Source: a virus (lineage: Duplodnaviria > Caudoviricetes). From it: DNA of 58,904 nt. Location: positions 1-58,904 of IMG/VR virus record IMGVR_UViG_3300034056_000017; one strand, 5' to 3'. Made by a program: the position numbers and the translations under genes. The notes under the pieces were generated by a model. That model worked only from the letters and a program-made list of their open reading frames with translations. It was not told the DNA's origin and did no database searches. Positions 9,301 through 17,431 of the stretch are shown in pieces. Position 1 is the stretch's first letter, and each line of letters starts with the position of its first letter.

Positions 9301-12300
9301 GTCTGCTCGGTGACCCCGATCATCGGCTGCGGCGGGACGACCTTCTCGTTCTGCTTGTTGGCAAAGGCGTCAGCAGCCTCCTGGGTCGGGAAGCGTGCGA
9401 CCGTCTTCGTCCCTTCTCCTTCATTCTTGAAGACAAGGTAGGAGCTGCCACCCTGTTGGGGGACGACGAAGTGATGCCCTTCTGCCTTGCTGTTGGGGAT
9501 GCCCGACATCACAGCGATCTGACCCTTGGCGTACTTGGCGAACATCTTCGGCAGCATGGAGTCGTAGAGGTTCTTGAGCCCTTCGCCACCGACCCTGAGC
9601 CCGTCTCCGGTGATCTCCTTGCCGCCTGACTTACCAAGGTCACGACCCTCGCCAGCGACGATGCTCTTGGCGATCTCCTTGCCGACGACGTCCGCCAGCT
9701 CGTTTGCGGTCAGCCCCTCCTTGGTGATGACCTCCTCGCCGTCCTTCACCGCAGACAGGTCGTAGGTGTCGCCCTTCTTGAAGTACTGGATCGCGTCGAT
9801 CTGCTGCGACAGGTCGTAGCGGTCGGCCTGCTGCTGGCCCGTGGTCCAGGCGACGGCATCGAAGCCCTGCTCCTTGGCAATGGCGATGACCCGTTTCACG
9901 CCGATATCGTAGATGCGCTTGCGCAGCCACTCCGGCATCTGCTCCTGGTTGGCGTCACTCGGCCCCTGCATCTCCTCAACGAAGAGGACGCGCTTGCCGT
10001 CCACCTGGCGCTCGTTGTAGCGGATGCGGACGATGGGGTTATTGATCTCGGAGTATTGGGAGTGACCGTCTTTCCAGTTACCAGTAGCCGGTTTCCAATC
10101 ATAACGACCTGCAATACTTATCACCGTGGTATCTGGCAGCGCGGTCAGAGTTTCTTCTGGGAAATATCCCTCCCCTAGCAAGAATGCTCGCGCTGCCTTT
10201 GCTTCCAGGTCAAAGGGCAGTTTGCTATATTCAGGCGCCGTGACGAAGAACTCCCGGTAGCTGCCCGCGACCGCGCCGGGGAGCGTGTACTGACCGAAGT
10301 GGGTGCGCCGTTCTGCTGTCGGCATCTGTGCGCCAGGCGGGAGGTAGTCGTTGAGATCATCACTGAGGCCGGACAGTTCATTATCATCCAGCACCACGTC
10401 CTCGAACTCGACGCTGTTCGCCTTGACGTGGTCGAGCAGCTCCTGCCTGGCGATCGTCCCGTCCAGCCCGGCGAGCACGTTGTCGATCTCCACCGGGGAG
10501 ACGCCGGCGTTGCGCAGCATGGCCTTGAGGTTGAGCAGCGATGTCTTACCCTGCACCTTCTGCTCGACGACGCGCTCGAGCTTGCTGAAGAAGGGAGTCA
10601 GGGTGCGCATGGAGTAGCGGATGTCGGGGTTCTTCGCGCTGAACTTTCCAGAGTTATGCGTGGCGCTCTTGATGTCCGTCTGGTTGAACGCGATGAAGAT
10701 GTCGGTCGGGTCGTAGACGTCCCCTTGTGACCCGCTGTCCGTCACGTTGCGGATGATGGCGCCGTCGTTACCGTACTTCTGACCTTCTCGGGCAACCATG
10801 TCGGTGGTCAACCCCACGTCGCCAGCCTCTTGCACGCTGGCACCAGGAGTGTTGTCAGCCAGTTCGTCGGCCTCATCCTTGGTCAGAACTCCGCGACCAT
10901 CATCGGCATAAACGGGGTCGCCGTCCTGGTCGACAACTTCCCACTGGTCATGCCGGGAGCCGTCCCAGTTGGCTCCTTCAAAGTCTTCTTCGTTCGGGTT
11001 GCGGATGTTGAGGAAGACCTCGTAGATGCCCCGCTGCCCCTCTTCGTCGAAGTCGCTGATCGACTCACCGCGACCGGAGTATGTGCGAGCTGTTGTGCGG
11101 TCAGGGGTGAAAAAGAACGCACCCTTGACCTTGCCGTCACGGCTGTCGAACTCCGTGAAGCCCCCGTCGGTCGTCCCATGATAGACCACCAGCGGCTCGC
11201 CGTTCTCGTCGACCACCTTGGAAACGGACTTCTCGGTGTCGGCCCAGACGCCGCCCTTCATGGTAGCGAACTTCTCCCAATCCCCAAACCATTTCTTGAA
11301 GGCCGGCGTGCGCACCATGGCGTGCTGCTCGGGGGAGAGGTTGGACGGCTTGCCGTTGGGGGCAAGAGGGCGGCTGCTGTACCGGACCCCCTCGCCCTCG
11401 CTGAAGTCTCCGTTGTTCTCGACCGACTTGATGTCCGCCGGATCCCAGATGGCGACGGCGTCTTCAAACTTCTGATCCCAGACACCGGACCAGCCTTCCG
11501 CCTTGGCCGCAGCCTCTGCGCCTTCCCAACCGTGCTTGCTGATGTACTCCGACCACTTGGTGTTGCCCATGTACTTGCCCCGGGCGTAGAGCGCCATGAC
11601 GATCTGGCCGCCTTTGCCGGCGCCATCGTACCCTTCAGCCACATCACGGTCGGGGGAGGTGTAGACCGCCGGTCCCATCGCGCCGATCTTGCTGCGGCGG
11701 AAGGCGTCGATCTTTTTGTCGGTGCCGTGGTAGAGCACCATCGGGGAGCCGTCCTCGTTGACGAGGTTGCTCTCCTTGGCGTTGAACCACGCTTTGAACT
11801 CGGGGGTGTTGGTCAGATCGCGGGAGGAATATTTTACAGGCTGTTGTACTTCTTGGCTTCCGGTGTCGGGTTCGCCCCGAAGAACTCCTCGAAGACTCTG
11901 TCCTCGATCTCCTGGGAAGTCTCGAAGGTAGACGCTTCCTTCAACAGGGACTGGCGTTTCTCCTCTTGCGATGTCGTTGTCGTACCAGGTTGCGGTTTCA
12001 TGGGAACCTCCTTTCGACACCAATGTAGCAAAGTTCTGTGCCGACTGCAAGCCAATTCGTATGATATTGTATGGCGGAACCAAACGCCCCGTGAGTTCGT
12101 GTCTGGTAACCGCGCGGTCGATGGCCTTCTCTGCCGGGAGGTCGACGTAGTGCAGATGCACCGTGTAGCCCTTCTCCTTGAGGAGATCGATGCGAGCCTG
12201 CAAGGAGGCGGGGTTATCTCCGACCATTGGGTAAACGATGTTGTCACCGTTGGTCAGGGCGCGCACCATCACGGACGCCGTGATCTTGGAACTCTCCTCA

Positions 12301-15300
12301 TGCACCGAGCTGGCGCCGAAGCCATTGCGGAAGCCCCACAGCTTCTCCTTGGCCGCGTCCGGGTCGATCAGCAGGGCACCGTGCTTCGCGACCAGGGGGT
12401 CGGCGACAGTGGACTTCCCCGATGCAGGCAGACCGAGAATCAGGTCAGCACGACGATCCTTATTCTTCGCCCCCTCACCGTAGAGAAGGGTCTTGATCCG
12501 GCCACGGTGCAGCCAGCGCAGCGGCGTGTCGATCAGGTGCGTCTTTGGGAGTTTCTCCGCTTCAGAGACCAGTTCGAGAATCTTGGTCGGGATTCGCGCC
12601 TCAAGCTCGGCATCGCTGAGGATGCGACTGCTCGCCTTCACGTCAGCGTTACGCAGGTCGCTCCCGGCCAGCGCCTCCTGTCCTGCGTTCGGATTGGCCT
12701 TGATCTCGTCGGCAACCTTCTTGACGAAGGCGGTGTCCGGCTTGATGTTGCGGCCACCGTTGGCGACGTACTCGTCAAGCTGGGCCTTCATCTCGTCCAT
12801 GTTGATCTGGGACGGATCGGCCACATCGAACGCGGTGTCGGTGCGCGCGTAGTCCTTGCGCAGCTTGGCGAAATTGGGGTTGATGTCCTTCCACTCGATC
12901 TTGCCCTTGACCATCTCCTGCCACTTGGTCTTGGCTTCCTTCGCGGACGTGATCCCCTTGAACATGAACTGCGGGAAGACCGGGAGGATGTTGCGCTCCT
13001 TGCACAGCTCGAGATACGCCCGGGTGGTCTGCTCCGTGGTCTTGCCCTTGTCCCCGGCGAACTCCTGCATGATCGTCTTGCGGTCGAGCTTCTTCTCATC
13101 CAGACTCTTCTCGTTCTGAGTCCCCGTCAAGTTCTTCCAGTTCAGCGCATCATTATAGAACACCTTCGGCATCCCTGACGCATGGAACGGGATGATGTAG
13201 TCGATCCACTCCTGCGCGAGCGCCCACTCGGTCATTGCGTCGGAGGTGGTGACCATGATCACGCCAGCGTTGGGGTGTTTGTCACGCAGATCCTGGGCTT
13301 CCTTCCAGTCCATCCCCATGTGCGCGTCCGCCTTGAACGTCCCGTCCTCTTGCTCGACGGCGAACACCGACATGTTGATCTTGATCCCGGTCTTGCCGAA
13401 GATCTTCACGAACGCTGGATGCTTGGTGTAGGCGTGGGTGCGCATCCCGACAGCATAGGTGTCGACGATCGCCTGCCACAGGTCGAACACATGCTCGATC
13501 TGGAAGTCAGATGTGGAGAAGATACGCAGTCCCGCCCGGCGATTGATCCAGTCGAGGAACGTGACCTTCTCCCCGTTCTCGCGGATCGTTGCTTCAGCCT
13601 GCTTGAGGATCTGGCCGGCGTAATCGGTGTACATCTTCACCGCGTTCTGTGAGGACGACGCCTGTGCCTTGTTGCGGGCCCAGGCGTAGATCTCGGGGAA
13701 CTTCTGTTCGTGCTTGGACTGTCCCTCATCCGTCAGGAACGGCATCAGATCGAACTCGGACGCCTTGAAGCCCTGCTCCCGCGCCTTCTCGATCATCGCC
13801 TTGTCAGCATCGTAGGTCCGACGCTTGGCAGCGACAGCAGCATCGAGCGACCCGTGAGCGGTGATCTCCTTCTTGGTCGGCTTGCCGGGCTGCTTCAGCT
13901 CAACCGTTCCTCCAAGAACCCCGGCGTACCGGGCAACCTCTGCCACGAATATACGGCGCGGAGACTCGACGTAGCAATAGACGCAGGGTGCCTCCTTACC
14001 GGCCTCCCGCATTCTGATCACCATGAGCATCGCATCACCTGCGGTCGGCGCGCGGTCAAGCACCCGGTACAGTTCGATGAGGTTGGCACCATACTCAAGC
14101 CGCTTGATGCAGGACGATGCGAGGTCCAGAGACTTGATGTAGAGCACAGTATCGTTGTTGTTGCGCAGCGGGTTGCCCTTCTTCCACTCGATGTTGTGCG
14201 GGAAGAGATCCTTGACGTTGTCGAGCAGCTCGGCCAGCGCCTTCATCTCGCGGACGTTGTCGACGATCTTCTTGCGGCGCGACTTCGGGACCGTCGGCAG
14301 AGTCTTGTCAAGCTCCGCCGACCACTCGTTTATCGTGCGTGCCGAGTAGACGACCGGCCCCGGTGAGACGATGCCGCTCTCGACGGCTGGTGACTCGGTC
14401 ACCCCTTGACGCTCCATGGCGTAGTCAGCAACCGCCTTGGCGAGGATGGCGCGGACCTTCCTGGCGTCGGTGACGAATGATGCACGATAGGCAAAATCAT
14501 CTGCATTGACGAACTTCGAAATCAGGGAGTCGATCCAGGCGACAATCTTCTGCGACAGGGACTGAAACTTGTCAGCACCCATGTTCGCTTCAACCTGGGT
14601 CCAGAAGTCGGCGTTGTCGAAGTTGTTGCCGAGGATGTCTGCGATCTGCTCCTCGATGTCACCGCCGACCCGAGACTGATACTCCTTGGAACGGAGCAAC
14701 GGCTTGAGTGCGGATTCGAGAGCCGAGTAGAGTTTGGGGTTGTCGTTCTTGAGGAGATGGAGGATTTCGTGACCGAAGACGACGTTGAACTTCACGTCGG
14801 TACGAACATCAATGAAGACGGTGTCACCCATCTTCAGGTAGACCAGACCGTTGTCGGTGATCTTACCCGCGGTGTCACCCTTGCGCTGAAGAGTGCCGAA
14901 GACTACCTTTTTCCCGAAGACCTTGCCGAGGAATCTTGCGAGGTCCATACTCGACCGCGTGCCAGAGCTGCGTACAGCATCGCCGCCTCGTCCGCTTCCT
15001 CGCGCGTCAGACTGCCCTCCTCGATCTGACGCAGTTGCATCGTCAGACAGACCCTGCTGAAGTGCGGCTCCTCCTTGTGCTCCAGCAGATGCCGGCGCCT
15101 GGCCTCCTTGTGCAGCAGCTTGTCCTTGTCCCTCGACGACAGATCCAGTTGCAGAATCTCTTGGTACAAGAGGGGTAAAGGTAATCCCCGTTGCCTTTTG
15201 GAGAGTGTCGGCAATGCCCCGGTTTGAATCATCGATCTGCCATTCTTTGTTGAGAAGGTCTTGTGTCTCATCATCAAGCATAGCACCTTTGTCGATCGGT

Positions 15301-17429
15301 GCAACCTTGGCCGAGTAGGCGACCGTCTGCTGCTTCTTGAGAGCCGTTCTGATCGCGGTGGCGGTCTTGGCATTCGGCACGCTGGTCGAGCCATCCTGTG
15401 CCACCAGGCTCAACTTGCCGGCGGCATCCTGCACGACAACCTGCCCGTCGAGACCAGGAACGGTGAAGGCGGTCCCACCGAGGGACTGCACGGTGGTCTG
15501 CTGCGGAGACGCTGCCGGCTCGAGCGGAGCCGGCGTCGTCCCTACTTCTTCTTGCCCCCGCCCTTGCACTTGCCCATTGACATCACCCCCTAGCCCTTCA
15601 TCTCCTTGCGGCTCCTGCCGCACGTCGGACACTTGCGCTTGTCCCGGCTGATCTGCTTCCCGCACTGGCACTTCATTGGTGGTCTGCTCCTTGGGTTGAA
15701 GGATGAAGCCGCCGTCAACGGCGACCACGTCGTGGCTATCCTGCAGGCGGCGGTAGGACCGCACCCGGGTGGCTGCCGCCTCGTCGGCGTAGATCTTCGG
15801 TTGCCCGGTGGCGGCATCCGTATTGTCGAACGTCGGAGCTGCAGCTGGCGCGGTGCTGGTCGCCGTGCCCCCGTAGACGCTCTCGATCAGCGACTCGTCG
15901 GTCAGCTGCGACACGTCATCGTTGGTCGTCTCGCTGGTGCCGTCGGGGAAGGTGAAGGTTGCGCCACCGTTCTCGTTGCGCGTCACGGTCACCGTGGCGC
16001 CATCGTTCACACCACCGGTGAGCGTGTAGCCAGGGTCAGCGACAGGCGACACGGGGGCGACAGTCGCTTCAGTGTCGCCTGTCGCCGGCAGGTCGACACC
16101 GAGGTTCTCGGCGGTCTGCTCGAACTCGTTGTAGGTGTCCTGGTTCCACTCGGAGGCCGCCGGCGTGCTCACGGCCTCGGCAGCCGCAGCGATGGCGTCG
16201 TCGACGCTGGTGGCCGCCGTGACGTCGGGCGGCGGGGTGACGGGAGCGGGGCCGGAAGGCGACCACCCGGGCACACCACGATACATCCGCTCCAGCGATC
16301 CGGCGGCGGACAGGTTCTCTTGAGTGTCGTCAAGAGTTTTCCGTGCGTCCGGCGACATTGCGTCATATTCCGCACGCCGGCGCCGGATCTCTTCGATCTG
16401 CTCAGGAGACTGCAGAATACCCCTGGCAGTCTCCATCGTTTTACCGGCAGCACCAAACATCCCGGTCTGCACAAGCGTCTGCAGAGCAGTCTCCCTGGCG
16501 TCCTTGCTGGCGTTGTAAGTGCGATCCCCGACCTTAATGTCGCTGGTGTCGAGCATGGTTCCAGACGCCCATGCGACAAGCGTCTCACCGGTGTACTGCA
16601 GCGCCTTGCTTGTACTATCGGGGTCATCCGATGTGATGATGTCCGCAACATTCTGGATGAGGGTCGTCGGAAGCTCGGTCATCTCCTCGACACCAAAGTA
16701 CTCGAAGGTCCGGCGCAGCACGCTCTTGGCGCTCTGACTGTTGAACAGGTCGAAGAACTTGGCAGCAGGGATCGTCTCAAACCCGGCCTCAGCAATGCCG
16801 GCGATCACACCCTCGACCGCAGCAGCACCCTTGCTCTTTCCTTCAATCGCCCTGGCTTCGCCGTAGGTGTCACCGGCCGTGCGCAGGCCCATCGACCCGA
16901 GCATGCCGACAGGACCGAGCGCCATCCCCGGTGCCATGAAACCGGTCGACTCGACGGCGCCAGAGACGAGCTTGCCGGTCTCGGACGTCAGTGGATACTG
17001 TGCATCAAGTGACTTGCGATCTTGCTCAAGTTTGCGCAGGTCTTGGATGGCACTCTCGGCATCGATCGGGACGACCGGACCTTCCGAGTTTTCTTTGACA
17101 TATCCCGGTGCGAACTCCGACGTCAGGAGGTTGAGAGACGCCTCGCTGCGCTCGAGCCCCTGCGTGAACTGTTCAGGAGCCCTGGCAATGATGTTGGGAA
17201 CATCCCGCAGGAAGTTCCCCTCCATCCGATCCTCCGGCGCAGCGATTCCCATGACGTCGCGCTGAGAGCCAGCGGTGCCGGGGTTCCACTCTGCATAGTT
17301 GTCGGGAAGATTCGGATCCTGTGGGTTCCACGACGCATCAAGCCCAACCGGCGCTTCCTCCTCTGCATCAAACTGATCAAAGAAGTTGGCGCCGGTTTGC
17401 TCGTCAAACTGGTCAAAGAAGTTGGCCAT
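6378..17429 (-). CDS. Giant polyvalent virion/ejection protein (3683 aa): HExxH metallopeptidase, Cys-rich unknown module, zeta-toxin-like P-loop kinase, two ART-PolyVal-like domains, LPD38-like C-terminus
   Basis: GHEILH at ~14755-14775; PCVYCYVES; GLPASGKS plus IDPDAAKEKL...HEESS at ~12290-12434; FKAWF...PMVLYHGT and FKKWFGDWE...PLVVYHGT; C-terminal NFDKRG...LYLFFNPAIQG...LPLPYEF; located after the ejection-protein genes. Confidence 0.9.
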   Translation of the reverse strand: MANFFDQFDEQTGANFFDQFDAEEEAPVGLDASWNPQDPNLPDNYAEWNPGTAGSQRDVMGIAAPEDRMEGNFLRDVPNIIARAPEQFTQGLERSEASLNLLTSEFAPGYVKENSEGPVVPIDAESAIQDLRKLEQDRKSLDAQYPLTSETGKLVSGAVESTGFMAPGMALGPVGMLGSMGLRTAGDTYGEARAIEGKSKGAAAVEGVIAGIAEAGFETIPAAKFFDLFNSQSAKSVLRRTFEYFGVEEMTELPTTLIQNVADIITSDDPDSTSKALQYTGETLVAWASGTMLDTSDIKVGDRTYNASKDARETALQTLVQTGMFGAAGKTMETARGILQSPEQIEEIRRRRAEYDAMSPDARKTLDDTQENLSAAGSLERMYRGVPGWSPSGPAPVTPPPDVTAATSVDDAIAAAAEAVSTPAASEWNQDTYNEFEQTAENLGVDLPATGDTEATVAPVSPVADPGYTLTGGVNDGATVTVTRNENGGATFTFPDGTSETTNDDVSQLTDESLIESVYGGTATSTAPAAAPTFDNTDAATGQPKIYADEAAATRVRSYRRLQDSHDVVAVDGGFILQPKEQTTNEVPVREADQPGQAQVSDVRQEPQGDEGLGGDVNGQVQGRGQEEVGTTPAPLEPAASPQQTTVQSLGGTAFTVPGLDGQVVVQDAAGKLSLVAQDGSTSVPNAKTATAIRTALKKQQTVAYSAKVAPIDKGAMLDDETQDLLNKEWQIDDSNRGIADTLQKATGITFTPLVPRDSATGSVVEGQGQAAAQGGQAPASAGAQGGAALQQGLSDDATASDRGGQSDARGSGRGGDAVRSSGTRSSMDLARFLGKVFGKKVVFGTLQRKGDTAGKITDNGLVYLKMGDTVFIDVRTDVKFNVVFGHEILHLLKNDNPKLYSALESALKPLLRSKEYQSRVGGDIEEQIADILGNNFDNADFWTQVEANMGADKFQSLSQKIVAWIDSLISKFVNADDFAYRASFVTDARKVRAILAKAVADYAMERQGVTESPAVESGIVSPGPVVYSARTINEWSAELDKTLPTVPKSRRKKIVDNVREMKALAELLDNVKDLFPHNIEWKKGNPLRNNNDTVLYIKSLDLASSCIKRLEYGANLIELYRVLDRAPTAGDAMLMVIRMREAGKEAPCVYCYVESPRRIFVAEVARYAGVLGGTVELKQPGKPTKKEITAHGSLDAAVAAKRRTYDADKAMIEKAREQGFKASEFDLMPFLTDEGQSKHEQKFPEIYAWARNKAQASSSQNAVKMYTDYAGQILKQAEATIRENGEKVTFLDWINRRAGLRIFSTSDFQIEHVFDLWQAIVDTYAVGMRTHAYTKHPAFVKIFGKTGIKINMSVFAVEQEDGTFKADAHMGMDWKEAQDLRDKHPNAGVIMVTTSDAMTEWALAQEWIDYIIPFHASGMPKVFYNDALNWKNLTGTQNEKSLDEKKLDRKTIMQEFAGDKGKTTEQTTRAYLELCKERNILPVFPQFMFKGITSAKEAKTKWQEMVKGKIEWKDINPNFAKLRKDYARTDTAFDVADPSQINMDEMKAQLDEYVANGGRNIKPDTAFVKKVADEIKANPNAGQEALAGSDLRNADVKASSRILSDAELEARIPTKILELVSEAEKLPKTHLIDTPLRWLHRGRIKTLLYGEGAKNKDRRADLILGLPASGKSTVADPLVAKHGALLIDPDAAKEKLWGFRNGFGASSVHEESSKITASVMVRALTNGDNIVYPMVGDNPASLQARIDLLKEKGYTVHLHYVDLPAEKAIDRAVTRHELTGRLVPPYNIIRIGLQSAQNFATLVSKGGSHETATWYDNDIARGETPVPVEGSVYLRDFPGDRGQSLRGVLRGEPDTGSQEVQQPVKYSSRDLTNTPEFKAWFNAKESNLVNEDGSPMVLYHGTDKKIDAFRRSKIGAMGPAVYTSPDRDVAEGYDGAGKGGQIVMALYARGKYMGNTKWSEYISKHGWEGAEAAAKAEGWSGVWDQKFEDAVAIWDPADIKSVENNGDFSEGEGVRYSSRPLAPNGKPSNLSPEQHAMVRTPAFKKWFGDWEKFATMKGGVWADTEKSVSKVVDENGEPLVVYHGTTDGGFTEFDSRDGKVKGAFFFTPDRTTARTYSGRGESISDFDEEGQRGIYEVFLNIRNPNEEDFEGANWDGSRHDQWEVVDQDGDPVYADDGRGVLTKDEADELADNTPGASVQEAGDVGLTTDMVAREGQKYGNDGAIIRNVTDSGSQGDVYDPTDIFIAFNQTDIKSATHNSGKFSAKNPDIRYSMRTLTPFFSKLERVVEQKVQGKTSLLNLKAMLRNAGVSPVEIDNVLAGLDGTIARQELLDHVKANSVEFEDVVLDDNELSGLSDDLNDYLPPGAQMPTAERRTHFGQYTLPGAVAGSYREFFVTAPEYSKLPFDLEAKAARAFLLGEGYFPEETLTALPDTTVISIAGRYDWKPATGNWKDGHSQYSEINNPIVRIRYNERQVDGKRVLFVEEMQGPSDANQEQMPEWLRKRIYDIGVKRVIAIAKEQGFDAVAWTTGQQQADRYDLSQQIDAIQYFKKGDTYDLSAVKDGEEVITKEGLTANELADVVGKEIAKSIVAGEGRDLGKSGGKEITGDGLRVGGEGLKNLYDSMLPKMFAKYAKGQIAVMSGIPNSKAEGHHFVVPQQGGSSYLVFKNEGEGTKTVARFPTQEAADAFANKQNEKVVPPQPMIGVTEQTPGEFVKYSSRRLNANGTPTETYLQLFLRKVQDRYNRVATLQEWITETGTQLSELANAARGLYTMNGKVADRLVRFVETDVAPLVMEAAKLKIPLDDINDYLLARHAAEANAAIQKLHGDPTKLAYGYATTDAEIAAAVAAGYDVIDARDILSGASTDLKRISDQWQAFTKGTADLLLREGLIDQDTKDAWDTSYGYYVPVRGDQEAISRGAGQGQKVNNRQKRRMGHGLRDEMVIENIINMREMAYRAVEKNKVNLSVAQMLLETNNPAVGTVGKPQKRPSVRNVATYTVYFQGTPLAAFPDSPGVSGQTQAHQHIQSIMATSGRPFSEYKVVKSTDPTVVFMSSPMLQPNEINAYVNGKQVRIQLNDEVLAGSLTAVGVEKVASVLNVGKQINNFLSRAYTGYDPRFTIRNTIRDALAGTINITGDYGITVTGKILANYPRAVKSLLTYLRTGDRRSDPWVDKYTNDGGSTGAAWLGTLEQVGEKMTTMYQREMGMQEKYKRTRDDLLRQGKSPMYAHTKAVAASGLNAARRGKYSPARWFIDSVEALNSVSENAYRLATYRTLVEEGKSRSESAAAAKNVTLNFDKRGEWGANLSALYLFFNPAIQGVTRASYAMFRAKHKAQVWGAVGSLAAIGYMSAQLVRALGDDDDEWEIISRSTKDRNLIFPDPTNKERGQITLPLPYEFSFFVGLGYAVNDAVNGKFDQKSGWNLASSFVDAFSPVGNPINEEANILGWFNMLPTALNIALAPALNQNNFGGKIQPTQYREDTPDSQNMWRNTRGTWYDKVATGLNEATGGSPFNEGAVDVSPESIKHYARSLMGGAYTFLDQVYGFAGPPIPALGMDGGAAWNGSVTEAEVPMVNIIRRENTVQDSRRAFNEAKAEAKKYRAQYRAANKGGATEVADELYAEHGELIDISKSAEAEAKRAAALRELIDTIRNDPTKSMSQRRKEIRAIEAEEDVIYREFLDTLP
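11834..12001 (-). CDS. Nested +1-frame ORF (55 aa) right after the zeta-toxin-like domain; candidate antitoxin
   Basis: AAAGGAGG 5 nt before ATG 12001; MKPQPGTTTTSQEEKRQSLLKEASTFETSQEIEDRVFEEFFGANPTPEAKKYNSL; stop lies in the PVKYSSR linker codons. Confidence 0.65.
   Translation of the reverse strand: MKPQPGTTTTSQEEKRQSLLKEASTFETSQEIEDRVFEEFFGANPTPEAKKYNSL
14903..15274 (-). CDS. Nested +1-frame ORF (~109-123 aa, helical) just upstream of the HExxH domain
   Basis: Alt frame reads like a globular helical protein (LLYQEILQLDLSSRDKDKLLHKEARRRHLLEH...LTREEADEAAMLYAALARG) while the host frame is G/Q/A/S low-complexity; AAAGGTG 9 nt before ATG 15274; alternative ATG at 15232. Confidence 0.55.
   Translation of the reverse strand: MMRHKTFSTKNGRSMIQTGALPTLSKRQRGLPLPLLYQEILQLDLSSRDKDKLLHKEARRRHLLEHKEEPHFSRVCLTMQLRQIEEGSLTREEADEAAMLYAALARGRVWTSQDSSARSSGKR
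15542..15577 (-). CDS. Nested +1-frame basic micro-peptide MGKCKGGGKKK
   Basis: Follows the nested Zn-ribbon ORF; GGGGGTG RBS-like sequence upstream. Confidence 0.35.
   Translation of the reverse strand: MGKCKGGGKKK
15590..15676 (-). CDS. Nested +1-frame 28-aa Zn-ribbon peptide MKCQCGKQISRDKRKCPTCGRSRKEMKG
   Basis: AAGGAG 10 nt before ATG; CxC-x10-CxxC. Confidence 0.55.
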   Translation of the reverse strand: MKCQCGKQISRDKRKCPTCGRSRKEMKG

Positions 17430-17431
17430 GA

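Noticed and set aside
9640-17416. Other same-strand alternative-frame ORFs in the giant gene (e.g. 16169..16651, 12788..13099, 11258..11647, 10883..11179)
   Set aside because: R/S/P/T-rich shadow composition, no clear RBS, and the host frame there encodes well-formed domains, unlike the four retained nested ORFs.
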